Part shown: piece after piece, positions 1-9,385 of the stretch
How the letters are laid out: every line of letters begins with the position of its first letter
Position numbering within the stretch: position 1 is the stretch's first letter
DNA from: a virus
DNA: 64,000 nucleotides
Virus record (IMG/VR): IMGVR_UViG_3300047369_000650
Location: 1-64,000 of that record
Strand: one strand, 5' to 3'
Notes under the pieces: generated by a model
The model's database searches: none
What the model was told of the DNA's origin: nothing
Seen by the model: only the letters and a program-made list of their open reading frames with translations
Position numbers and translations under genes: made by a program

Positions 1-2
1 AT

Positions 3-158
3 AGATCAATTGATAGTTCACTGACCAGAATTGGTAGCCAAGGGCCAAGTTATTTTCCAAGTTATATTCAGGGATATATACAAGATGTTAGGCTTACTAA
101 CGGTCTAGCTCGCTACACCGCAAACTTCACACCACCAACAGCACCATTAGAAGGTTAA
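3..158 (+). CDS. 3' end of a LamG/concanavalin-A-like virion protein (5' truncated by window)
   Basis: Frame 3 reads ...IQGYIQDVRLTNGLARYTANFTPPTAPLEG*, nearly identical to the C-terminus of 163..2658 (GLARYTANFTPPTAELEG*). Confidence 0.8.
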   Translation, partial: RSIDSSLTRIGSQGPSYFPSYIQGYIQDVRLTNGLARYTANFTPPTAPLEG

Positions 159-162
159 ATCA

Positions 163-2658
163 ATGCCAAGTAAAGCGTTTTCTCAAGCAAATCTCTTGGG
201 TACCGATAATACTCTTCAAGCCACAAGTTTATCAGCTGATATTCCTATCACAGAATTATATGCAAATATTGATGAACTACCCGCTTCTGGCACGTTAGGA
301 GAACAAGCTTTTGTCCAATCAACTAATCGTCTCTATATATGGAATGGATCGGGCTGGTATAATATTGCCTTAATTAATACTACACCTACATGGGACTCTG
401 GCGGACAGCCAGCAGCTTCATATGAACTAGATGCAGACAGCCCACAAAGTTCAGTTACTATTACTTTGTCGGCAAGTGATCCAGAAGGAATACCAATCAC
501 TTATAGTTATATTACTTCTGGTCAAATGGATTCAATGTCAACCATTTCTCAAGATTCAAGTATCTTTACTATCTCACCAAAGACAGTTACTGAAGTAGGA
601 GAAGGAGTTGAACTAACTGGTTCTATTACCTTTAGAGCAAGTGATGGTATTAATATTTTACCACAAGTTTCTAGTTTTACACTTAGTTTTATTAGTGTTA
701 TAGAAAATAGCCGATATACAACTTTATTAATGACAGTAACTGGTGCATCTGATAACAACAACATCACCGATAGTTCAACAAACAGTCACGCAATTACTGT
801 AAATGGAGATGCTCATGCTGGTACATTTAGCCCGTATCGGAGTGGAGGTTATTCTACTTACTTTGATGGAGCAGGAGATTATCTTAATGCGCCGGGCAAT
901 GCTGCATTTGAATTTGGTACAGGTGATTTTAGTATAGAACTGTTTTTTTATAGAACGGCGAGTGGTTCTGTCGATACACTGGTTCAGTATGGAAATGCTA
1001 GTGTTTCAGGTTATTCACAAATATCTTGGACTGTGTATATTTCAAGTAGTAATTATTTAGGCTTTGAAATAAGTGACGGTACTCCCGGCGGTGCAGGTAA
1101 ATTGTCACTTGTTTCTAGTGTTCTATTTCCTACTAACTCTTGGGTACATGTATCTGTAGTTAGAGATGGTAATAATTTTACTTTATATCAAAACGGTAAT
1201 TCTGTAGCTACCACAACAGATAACCGATCGGTTTATGTATCCCCATCTCCGTTATTATGGATTGCTAGAAATCATAACGCTGGCACCGGTGATACTGCGG
1301 GATTTTTCTCTAATGTACGAATAGTTAAAGGAACTGCTGTTTACACGGGTAACTTTACACCACCCGCTGAATCTTTGACCGCTATCGCAAACACAGAATT
1401 GCTTACTTGCCACCTGCCATACATTGCCGATGGATCGACTAACGATCATTCAATAACAGTAAATGGCGATGTTTCTATAGAACCATTCTCACCCTATGAT
1501 TACGACGAATACTCAGTAACTAATCACGGCGGGTCTGTTTTCTTTGACGGAGATCCCGACCACCTTCAAGGACCATCTGTCGATTTAATGGGAAGTGGTG
1601 CATTTACAGTAGAATGTTGGGCTTATATATTATCAACTATTACAAATTCTACCGATGCATTTTTAGCACAATATCAAACAAATAATAAATTTATTTTTGG
1701 GGTTAAAGCAGACGTTGTAAGAGTTTGGATGGCAGCCGTAGAAGTTCGTGTTGGTACAACTAATATTACTAATAACGGTTGGCATCATTTTGCTCTAGTT
1801 AGAGATGATAATAATTCTTGTCAATTGTATATTGACGGTAATGAAGAAGGTGCGGCATTTACTAATTCGACGGATTTTTCAACATCTTTAGAAAATTTTC
1901 AAATAGGTAGTTGGGATGGTGGAGTCAACTCAGACTTACATGGACACATAAGTGATTTAAGAGTTGTTAAGGGAACTTCTGTTTATACATCTGCATTTAC
2001 TCCTCCAACTGCGCCACTATCTACTATATCTGGCACAACACTCCACATTAAAGGTACGGATGCTTCTATCATAGATAAATCTCAAATCAACAACCTGAAA
2101 ATTCATGGTAATACTACTGGATCAACTACTCAGGTTAAGTTTGCTAATACTAAATCAGTGTATTTTGATGGATCTAGCGATTATATATCTGCTCCTACTA
2201 ATAAATTATTTGGTTTTAGTACAAATGACTTTACGGTTGAGTTTTGGGTATATTTTAATGATGTTAATAACCCAATAAGCATATACAGTAATTTAAGTTC
2301 AGTATCAGGATTACAACCACATCTTTATGTATATCAAGGCTCTATTAGATATTATACGGCAGTAGGTGATCGTATCGCAAGCTCTTCTGTTTCTACAGGT
2401 CAATGGTATCATGTTGCTTTATCAAGAAGTTCTTCGTCAACAAAACTTTTTATAAATGGTACTCAATCAGGCTCTACTTATTCAGATAGTAACGATTATG
2501 GCCTATCTCAACCTCTAGGAATTGGAACCTATTGGGACTCTGGTTCACCGGTTACCAGTCAAACTTTAAATGGGTACATGCAGGGCCTAAGAGTTACTAA
2601 AGGGCTAGCTCGTTACACCGCAAACTTTACACCTCCTACTGCAGAATTAGAAGGTTAA
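163..2658 (+). CDS. Modular virion adhesin: shared N-terminal module plus three LamG-like lectin domains
   Basis: Repeated YFDGxxDYL...DFT(I/V)E...W(V/H/Y)H(V/F)A(L/V)VR...LYxNG...G(F/H/Y)xxx(V/L)R(I/V)xKG.A.YTxNFTPP units. Confidence 0.85.
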   Translation: MPSKAFSQANLLGTDNTLQATSLSADIPITELYANIDELPASGTLGEQAFVQSTNRLYIWNGSGWYNIALINTTPTWDSGGQPAASYELDADSPQSSVTITLSASDPEGIPITYSYITSGQMDSMSTISQDSSIFTISPKTVTEVGEGVELTGSITFRASDGINILPQVSSFTLSFISVIENSRYTTLLMTVTGASDNNNITDSSTNSHAITVNGDAHAGTFSPYRSGGYSTYFDGAGDYLNAPGNAAFEFGTGDFSIELFFYRTASGSVDTLVQYGNASVSGYSQISWTVYISSSNYLGFEISDGTPGGAGKLSLVSSVLFPTNSWVHVSVVRDGNNFTLYQNGNSVATTTDNRSVYVSPSPLLWIARNHNAGTGDTAGFFSNVRIVKGTAVYTGNFTPPAESLTAIANTELLTCHLPYIADGSTNDHSITVNGDVSIEPFSPYDYDEYSVTNHGGSVFFDGDPDHLQGPSVDLMGSGAFTVECWAYILSTITNSTDAFLAQYQTNNKFIFGVKADVVRVWMAAVEVRVGTTNITNNGWHHFALVRDDNNSCQLYIDGNEEGAAFTNSTDFSTSLENFQIGSWDGGVNSDLHGHISDLRVVKGTSVYTSAFTPPTAPLSTISGTTLHIKGTDASIIDKSQINNLKIHGNTTGSTTQVKFANTKSVYFDGSSDYISAPTNKLFGFSTNDFTVEFWVYFNDVNNPISIYSNLSSVSGLQPHLYVYQGSIRYYTAVGDRIASSSVSTGQWYHVALSRSSSSTKLFINGTQSGSTYSDSNDYGLSQPLGIGTYWDSGSPVTSQTLNGYMQGLRVTKGLARYTANFTPPTAELEG

Positions 2659-2662
2659 TAGA

Positions 2663-4015
2663 ATGCCAACTAAAGCTTTTGCAAGAGCCAAATTATTAAA
2701 CAGAAATAATACTATTTCAATAAATAATTTATCAGATGATTTACCTATTACAGATGTTATAACTTCTGTAAATGATCTACCTGCTTCTGGTGCTTTAGGA
2801 GAACAAGCGTTTGTTGAAGGATCTAATAGATTATATATGTGGAACGGTACTGGCTGGTATAATGTGGCTCTTATAAATGAATCTCCGGCATGGGATTCTG
2901 GTGGTCAACCAAATGCTACTTATAATTTAAGTTCAGATAGCCCGCAGACTTCAACTACTGTTACTCTGGCAGCTTCTGATCCAGAAGGCCTTCCTATTTC
3001 TTATACTTATGTTACTGGTGGTTCTATGGATAGTATAGCAACAGTTTCACAAGATTCGTCCGTATTTACTATTACTCCTAAAACAGAAGCTCAGGCGCCT
3101 GATGGTGGTACAGGAACAATTACTTTTAGAGCAAGTGATGGTATAAACATTCTTCCATATCAGTCTACATTTACACTTACGTTTATTGTTGAAATGAATG
3201 ATATAGATAATTCTACTTTAACAAGAACAACTAATTTACAGGCTATGTCTGGAAGAACTATAGGTGGTCTATCTTTTAGTGCAGACGGAACTAAATTTAT
3301 TGCTGGTATGAAAACATCTGATCCTAGTAATCCTATGTGCTGGTACTATACATTAACAACGCCATGGGATCTTAGCACAGGAACAAGACAATCTACTACT
3401 TTTGGTGTAGATAGCTGGACATTACAAAATGTTGTTGGGGTTAATGTAAATAGCGGTCAATGGTTTACTGGCTGGCATATGACTAGTGATGGTGCTTATT
3501 TGTTTACAACAGAAGCACATTCTGCAGCAGTAAGAAGATGGGATTTTGGAACACCATATGATCCTACCACACTAACATATTCGGGATATACAGCTAACTT
3601 TGGATCTGGTGCAGCTAGAAACACTGGTGTATATTTAAGCCCAGATGGTCATAATCTTTTTATAAGCAATCATTATTATGATTATGTAGCTCATGTGTAC
3701 CTATCCACAGCCTTTAGACCAGATACTAGAGGATCTGCTACTATAGGATATATAAGTGATAATGTTATACAAGATGTTATTTTAAGTGACACAGGACTGA
3801 AACTATTTACTGTGTCTGAAACCAATAATGTAATTAGACAATGGAATTTATCTACTGCTTGGGATTTGCATTCCACTTCTTCAGGCACTGATCAACTAGG
3901 AACTGGAGATTATACACATAGTGTAGGAAGTCAACAGGCTGTTTGCTTAAATACTGCTGATGGTGATGAATTTTTTGTAGGCAACGGTTTAGCAGTAAAA
4001 ACATACACAACTTAA
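2663..4015 (+). CDS. Modular virion protein: shared N-terminal module plus putative beta-propeller head
   Basis: Same N-terminal module; C-terminus has repeats of FSADGTKF / MTSDGAYLF / LSPDGHNLF / LSDTGLKLF and LTTPWDLST / LSTAWDLHS. Confidence 0.75.
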   Translation: MPTKAFARAKLLNRNNTISINNLSDDLPITDVITSVNDLPASGALGEQAFVEGSNRLYMWNGTGWYNVALINESPAWDSGGQPNATYNLSSDSPQTSTTVTLAASDPEGLPISYTYVTGGSMDSIATVSQDSSVFTITPKTEAQAPDGGTGTITFRASDGINILPYQSTFTLTFIVEMNDIDNSTLTRTTNLQAMSGRTIGGLSFSADGTKFIAGMKTSDPSNPMCWYYTLTTPWDLSTGTRQSTTFGVDSWTLQNVVGVNVNSGQWFTGWHMTSDGAYLFTTEAHSAAVRRWDFGTPYDPTTLTYSGYTANFGSGAARNTGVYLSPDGHNLFISNHYYDYVAHVYLSTAFRPDTRGSATIGYISDNVIQDVILSDTGLKLFTVSETNNVIRQWNLSTAWDLHSTSSGTDQLGTGDYTHSVGSQQAVCLNTADGDEFFVGNGLAVKTYTT

Positions 4016-4024
4016 ATTATTATA

Positions 4025-4032
4025 TATAAATA
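4025..4032 (+). promoter_or_regulatory. T4-type late promoter TATAAATA
   Basis: Exact gp55 consensus 29 nt upstream of the 4061 ATG. Confidence 0.8.
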
Positions 4033-4060
4033 GTATTAATAAAACTTAACGGAGAATGAA

Positions 4061-4270
4061 ATGAATAATGAACTTACAATCCAAGACTTAGCTGTAATGA
4101 GATCAATTATTGATGCAGCAACTCGTGGTGGTGTATTTAAAGCACAAGACTTAAGTGCTGTTGGTGTAGTACATGATAAACTCAATAATATTGTTGAGGC
4201 ATTTATAGAAAAGAATAAAGAAGAATCGACTGAAAGTGAAGCAGTAGCTGAAGAAGCAACCGCTGAATAA
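4061..4270 (+). CDS. Small hypothetical protein (late)
   Basis: GGAG RBS, downstream of late promoter, acidic tail. Confidence 0.7.
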   Translation: MNNELTIQDLAVMRSIIDAATRGGVFKAQDLSAVGVVHDKLNNIVEAFIEKNKEESTESEAVAEEATAE

Positions 4271-4313
4271 AAAATGTTTTTTTGTTATGTCCTGCTAATA
4301 GAGAGGATTTAAC

Positions 4314-4661
4314 ATGGCAGCTAAGAAGTTACAAGCAGATTCCAAATGGAATGATTTAGACGCAGACGGTGATGGAATTATCACTGATGAAGAAATGGCT
4401 CGAGCAAAAGAAATAGCTCAGTTCGAACATGAACAAGCTAAGATGGAAAATGAAGATAAGAAAGAAGATCAGATTCGTGCCATGGCATGGTTTGCTCTTT
4501 GGGGTATGTTACTTTATCCAGTTCTCATTTTAGTTACATCTTTAATTGGTGTTGATAGTGCAGCAGATATTATTGGTAATATTGCACCAACATATTTTGT
4601 AGCTATTGCTGGTTTAGTTGCAGCATTCTTTGGCGCGCAGGCTTATACTAAAGGAAAATAA
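4314..4661 (+). CDS. EF-hand plus two-TM membrane protein (holin-like topology)
   Basis: Canonical 12-residue loop DADGDGIITDEE; hydrophobic segments AMAWFALWGMLLYPVLILV and YFVAIAGLVAAFFGA. Confidence 0.7.
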   Translation: MAAKKLQADSKWNDLDADGDGIITDEEMARAKEIAQFEHEQAKMENEDKKEDQIRAMAWFALWGMLLYPVLILVTSLIGVDSAADIIGNIAPTYFVAIAGLVAAFFGAQAYTKGK

Positions 4662-4663
4662 AT

Positions 4664-6457
4664 ATGCCTTCAAGAGGTCAACAGTTAGGTAAACTACTTA
4701 ATCCTACAGGTGATATAGTAGAAACATCATTACCACCTAAAATTGAAACATTTTCTCAATCGGTATCTAATACGGGTAAAGTTGAGAAGGCTGCTTTAGG
4801 TAATGATGTTTCTACAATTGAACAAGTTTCTGATATAAGTTTATTGACTGCATCAGGGAACTCTGTAGGCGACCAAAGAGTTGTAGAAAATAATCTTTAT
4901 ATCTGGAATGGATCAGGCTGGTTTAGAATTGCTTTAATAAATGAAACTCCTACGTGGGATTCTGGTGGTCAACCAAACGCTACTTATGATTTAAGCTCAG
5001 ATAGCCCACAAACAGCTACAACAATTACTCTTGCTGCTACAGATCCAGACGGGTTGGCCATAAACTATTCGTATGTAACAAGCGGTCAAATGGATAGTAT
5101 TGCTACTATATCTCAAGATTCATCAGTATTCACAATTACTCCAAAAACAGAAGCTCAAGCTCCGGATGGTGGTACTGGAACTATTACTTTTAGAGCATCA
5201 GATGGTGTTAATATTCTACCACAGGTTTCTAGCTTTAGTCTTTCCTTTGGTTATTCCTTTGAAGCAAATTTAACAGCATCAGATGGTGGTTATCAAGATA
5301 ACTTTGGTGGGGCTGTAGCCATATCAAATGATGGAAATACAATGGCTGTTGGAGCTAGAAGCTGGGATGGGAGTTACACGAATGAAGGAGCTGTTTATGT
5401 ATTTACAAGATCTGGAACTACATGGACAGAACAGACAAAGTTATATCCTACTCAAGAAGTGCCAAATGCTGGAGGAAGTAATCCTTACTTTGGTTCCTCT
5501 GTATCTATTTCTAATGATGGCAATTCTTTATTAGTTGGAATGCAAAATGAAAGTAATACCATGGGTAACAATACTGGAGCTGCATTATTTTATACTAGAT
5601 CGGGATCATCATGGACAAGACAACAAATTATTGTTCCCCCAAGTTATATTAGCGGCGAGGAACAATTTGGTAAGTCTTCTCATATTTCAGGTGATGGTAA
5701 CACTATAGTAATTGGGTCTTATCTGCGTGATAATCCAAATTTAAATTCTGGATCTGTTTTTGTTTATAATAGATCTGGAAATACGTTTTCTTTAGATACT
5801 GACATAGTAGGTCTTTCACAAACTAATGTTTATTGGGCTGAAGATTTGTGTATATCAGATGATGGATTAACATTTATAGGTAATGCTAGGGGTGTAAAGA
5901 AATCTTTTATTGTTGAAAAAACTGGCGGATCTTGGCCAAGCAGTTTGACTGGAACTGGTGTTACAGACTTTTTCCTAAGTGGTGGTAACGGATATGTAAC
6001 CAATGTTACAATATCAGGAGATGGATTAACAGCAGCAGCAGGTGCAGTTGGTAGTGATATGAATGGGCTTACTAATAACGGAAGAGTCGCTATATATAGA
6101 AAATCGGGAGGGACATGGAGTTTAGAGCATTCTATTATCGGCACTCAAGATAGCGGATTTTTCGGTAGTTCTCTTTCTTTAAGCACTGATGGAAATAAAC
6201 TTATTATTGGAGAAGACGGAAAAACTGTGGACACAGAGGTACGGGCGGGCAATGTTTATGTATATACAAGATCAGGATCAACTTGGAGTTTAGATTCGGT
6301 TATAAATGATCCTGATCCTCAAGAATATACATATTTTGGCGATAGAGTTGATATATCAGGAAACGGTCATTACTTGGTTATAGGTGCGGATGGGGATGAC
6401 GGTACTAGTGTATCTACAACATGGAATACTGGGTCGGTGTTTATTTTCAAGTCTTAA
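4664..6457 (+). CDS. Modular virion protein: shared N-terminal module plus FG-GAP (integrin-alpha-like) beta-propeller
   Basis: Repeats FGGAVAISNDGNTMAVGA...GAVYVF, FGSSVSISNDG, FGKSSHISGDG, FGSSLSLSTDG, FGDRVDISGNG. Confidence 0.85.
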   Translation: MPSRGQQLGKLLNPTGDIVETSLPPKIETFSQSVSNTGKVEKAALGNDVSTIEQVSDISLLTASGNSVGDQRVVENNLYIWNGSGWFRIALINETPTWDSGGQPNATYDLSSDSPQTATTITLAATDPDGLAINYSYVTSGQMDSIATISQDSSVFTITPKTEAQAPDGGTGTITFRASDGVNILPQVSSFSLSFGYSFEANLTASDGGYQDNFGGAVAISNDGNTMAVGARSWDGSYTNEGAVYVFTRSGTTWTEQTKLYPTQEVPNAGGSNPYFGSSVSISNDGNSLLVGMQNESNTMGNNTGAALFYTRSGSSWTRQQIIVPPSYISGEEQFGKSSHISGDGNTIVIGSYLRDNPNLNSGSVFVYNRSGNTFSLDTDIVGLSQTNVYWAEDLCISDDGLTFIGNARGVKKSFIVEKTGGSWPSSLTGTGVTDFFLSGGNGYVTNVTISGDGLTAAAGAVGSDMNGLTNNGRVAIYRKSGGTWSLEHSIIGTQDSGFFGSSLSLSTDGNKLIIGEDGKTVDTEVRAGNVYVYTRSGSTWSLDSVINDPDPQEYTYFGDRVDISGNGHYLVIGADGDDGTSVSTTWNTGSVFIFKS

Positions 6458-6534
6458 TATATTAGACTAATGTCTTTATTTACAAGTTAACGATAGAAGG
6501 CTAGTATTCCCTATCCTCAACTGATTACTCTTTT

Positions 6535-6563
6535 ATTATAACATTTTTTTAAACCGCTGTAAA
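6535..6563 (-). promoter_or_regulatory. Leftward sigma70-like promoter TTTACA-N17-TATAAT with no downstream ORF
   Basis: Plus strand tgtaaa 6558-6563 and attata 6535-6540, 17 nt apart; same architecture as the rightward early promoters. Confidence 0.7.
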
Positions 6564-6571
6564 CAAAAAAA

Positions 6572-6617
6572 TAACAACATCTGGTACTTTTTTTTAAAAA
6601 AATAGCTCATATAGCTA
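6572..6617. promoter_or_regulatory. Possible NrdR-box pair upstream of nrdB
   Basis: taaCAACATCTGGtac matches the conserved positions of acaCwAtATaTwGtgt; second site atagctcATATAGcta matches only the right half, ~30 bp away, abutting the -35. Confidence 0.35.
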
Positions 6618-6646
6618 TTTACAAAAACCTAATTATACTATATAAT
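6618..6646 (+). promoter_or_regulatory. Early sigma70-like promoter of the nrdBA operon
   Basis: TTTACA(6618-23)-N17-TATAAT(6641-46). Confidence 0.8.
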
Positions 6647-6728
6647 AGTACCAACAAATAAAAAAATACATAAAACCGCACTTCATTACAATACCATAAT
6701 TTTAGTTAGTTATGGTATAGTATTTTTT

Positions 6729-7724
6729 GTGCTCCGAGAAAGAAAGATGCCCATGTTATTTCAAGAACAGATAGCCAGAAAACCAGACTTATATCCTTGG
6801 ACAAAAGATTTTATTGAAGCAATTTGGAAAGGGTTTTGGACCCCAGAAGAATTTAACTTTAGATCAGATTACTCACAATTTAAAACAGATTTAACACCAC
6901 AGGAACAGGAAATAGTTGTTAGAACTATGTCGGCTATTGGACAAATTGAAATAGCAGTTAAATCGTTTTGGGCTGAAGTTGGTAATAATTTACCACACCC
7001 ATCTATCAAAGACTTAGGTTTTGCTATGGCAAATTCTGAAGTGATTCATAATATGGCTTATGAAAAGATTCTTGATGTATTACATCTAACTCATGTATTT
7101 GAAGAAAACTTAAATGTAGAAGTTATTAAACGTAGAGTAGATTATCTCCGTAAGTATAATAACAAAGTTTATGCAGATGATAAGAAGCAATACATTTATT
7201 CAATTATGCTCTTTACATTATTTGTGGAAAATGTGAGTCTGTTTAGTCAGTTCTATATAATTATGCACATGAATAGAAATAAAGCAGTAATGAAAGATTG
7301 TGCACAACAAGTACAATATACACGTAATGAAGAAATGCTACACGCTCAAGTAGGAATTAAACTAATTAATACTTTGCGTGAAGAATATCCAGACTTGTTT
7401 GATGAAGAATTAGAAGCGAGAGTGAAAGAGGAGTGTATTGATGCACTAAAAGCAGAAAGTAAAGTTATTGATTGGATTATGGGAGATTATGAAGTAAAAG
7501 GGTTGAGTGCGGATATTCTTAAATCATTTATTGCAAAAAGAATGGCGGACTCTTTAGATCAAATTGGATTTGATAGTAGTGAGATTGTATATGATCAGAG
7601 TCATGTAGATGAGACTTTTTGGTTTGATGAAGAATTATACGGAGCAAATATGACTGATTTCTTTCAGAAAAGACCTGTTGAATATGCAAAGGGTCAGGGT
7701 ATATCTGCGGATGATTTATTTTAA
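6729..7724 (+). CDS. nrdB: Ribonucleotide reductase class I beta subunit with class Id-type signature (true start probably ATG 6747 or 6753)
   Basis: FWTPEEF; ligands E74, E104, H107, E167, E202, H205; Y111; K78 at first ligand+4; C-terminal DFFQKRPVEY. Confidence 0.95.
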   Translation: MLRERKMPMLFQEQIARKPDLYPWTKDFIEAIWKGFWTPEEFNFRSDYSQFKTDLTPQEQEIVVRTMSAIGQIEIAVKSFWAEVGNNLPHPSIKDLGFAMANSEVIHNMAYEKILDVLHLTHVFEENLNVEVIKRRVDYLRKYNNKVYADDKKQYIYSIMLFTLFVENVSLFSQFYIIMHMNRNKAVMKDCAQQVQYTRNEEMLHAQVGIKLINTLREEYPDLFDEELEARVKEECIDALKAESKVIDWIMGDYEVKGLSADILKSFIAKRMADSLDQIGFDSSEIVYDQSHVDETFWFDEELYGANMTDFFQKRPVEYAKGQGISADDLF

Positions 7725-9379
7725 TGGAGAATATTATGGGGTTTGAGTGGGCAAATGAGGACTCTCGTACTTTTTTAAGTAGAGGGTATATAGATGGAAA
7801 TATGACTGTCGAAGAACGTGTAAGGATTATTGCATGGACAGCAGAGAAAATTTTAGATAAAGAAGGTTTTGCTGATAAGTTTTATGATTATATGAGTAGA
7901 GGATTTTATTCTTTATCTTCACCAGTATGGTCTAACTTTGGAACTAAAAAAGGTTTACCTATTTCTTGTAATGGTGTTTTTATTAATGATAATATGGAAT
8001 CTATCTTAAAGAAAACAGCAGAAGTTGGTATGCAAACCAAAATGGGAGCAGGTACTTCTGGTTATTATGGGGCACTCAGAGCAAGAGGCGAACCAATTAA
8101 GAGTGGTGGAACAGCAGATGGTCCAGTACACTTTATGAATCTAACAGAAACCACAGTAGATGTTGTAGCACAAGGTAATGTCCGTAGAGGATCCTTTGCT
8201 GCATATCTTGATATATCATCACCTGATATTATGGAGTTTCTTGACGCTCGTGAAGAAGGCTCATCTATTATTAATATGTCACTTGGTGTGTGTATTGGCG
8301 ATGACTGGATGCAAGAAATGATTGATGGCGATCCGGATAAGAGAACCGTATGGGCTCGTGTTCTCCGTAAGCGCCGTGAGTCTGGTTATCCATATCTGTT
8401 CTTCAAAGATACAGTAAACAAAAATAAACCACGTGTTCTCAGACAAAAAGATATTTCTATTTGGGCATCTAATCTTTGTTCCGAAATCTGTTTACCATCA
8501 TCAGAAGATGAATCTTTTGTATGTAACTTAGCATCTATGAATATATTAAAAGCAGACGAGTGGATGGAGACAGATGCAGTAGAAACAATGATTTGGTTTC
8601 TTGATGCTGTGATGGAAGAATACATTGAGAAAACCGCTGATATACAATTTATGCAATCTGCAAATAATTTTGCAAAACGTTGGAGAGCACTGGGGCTAGG
8701 TCAGCTAGGTTGGCATTCATATCTACAATCTAAAATGATTGCATTTGAATCATTTGATGCACATCTATTATCAGCAAAGATTAGTAAGTTTATTGACGAT
8801 CGTTCTCTTGAAGCTTCAAAAGAATTAGCTATTGAGTATGGTGAACCAGAAGGTATGTTAGAAACAGGCGAACGGAATCTAACAAGAACTGCTGTTGCTC
8901 CAACTACATCATCATCTTTTATTCTTGGTCAAGTATCTCCGTCTATTGAACCTTTAGCATCTAATTACTTTACAAAAGATTTAGCAAAGGGTAAATTTAC
9001 ATATCGTAATCCATACCTAAAAGATTGTTTAACTGAGCACAATAAAGATAATGAAGAAACTTGGGTTGATATTCTAAAGCATGGTGGATCAGTACAGCAC
9101 CTAGATTTTTTAACACAAAATGAAAAAGATGTATTTAAAACATTTAGTGAAATTACTCCACTATCTATTGTCCAACAAGCAGGTGCAAGACAAAAATATA
9201 TAGATCAGTCACAAAGTTTAAATATTCTAATTCATCCAGATGTACCAGCTAAAGATGTAAATGCTTTACTTATTGAAGGTTGGAAGCTAGGTGTTAAAAC
9301 TTTCTACTATCAACGTAGTGCTAATCCAGCTCAAGAACTGGTACGTGACATTATGAACTGTGATGCTTGTGAAGGATAA
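7724..9379 (+). CDS. nrdA: Ribonucleotide reductase class I alpha subunit, short, no ATP cone
   Basis: PISC, SNLCSEI, CNLAS, APTTSSS, KTFYY, C-terminal CDAC. Confidence 0.95.
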   Translation: MENIMGFEWANEDSRTFLSRGYIDGNMTVEERVRIIAWTAEKILDKEGFADKFYDYMSRGFYSLSSPVWSNFGTKKGLPISCNGVFINDNMESILKKTAEVGMQTKMGAGTSGYYGALRARGEPIKSGGTADGPVHFMNLTETTVDVVAQGNVRRGSFAAYLDISSPDIMEFLDAREEGSSIINMSLGVCIGDDWMQEMIDGDPDKRTVWARVLRKRRESGYPYLFFKDTVNKNKPRVLRQKDISIWASNLCSEICLPSSEDESFVCNLASMNILKADEWMETDAVETMIWFLDAVMEEYIEKTADIQFMQSANNFAKRWRALGLGQLGWHSYLQSKMIAFESFDAHLLSAKISKFIDDRSLEASKELAIEYGEPEGMLETGERNLTRTAVAPTTSSSFILGQVSPSIEPLASNYFTKDLAKGKFTYRNPYLKDCLTEHNKDNEETWVDILKHGGSVQHLDFLTQNEKDVFKTFSEITPLSIVQQAGARQKYIDQSQSLNILIHPDVPAKDVNALLIEGWKLGVKTFYYQRSANPAQELVRDIMNCDACEG

Positions 9380-9385
9380 CAATAA

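Noticed and set aside
60-2658. Similar 3' ends of two LamG genes, plus an Mtd-like fibre at 53438, suggesting a diversity-generating retroelement
   Set aside because: Differences are largely synonymous and not adenine-specific; no reverse transcriptase or non-coding template repeat in the window
6729-9379. Intron or intein in nrdA/nrdB, as in T4
   Set aside because: Both ORFs are continuous, compact and contain all expected motifs
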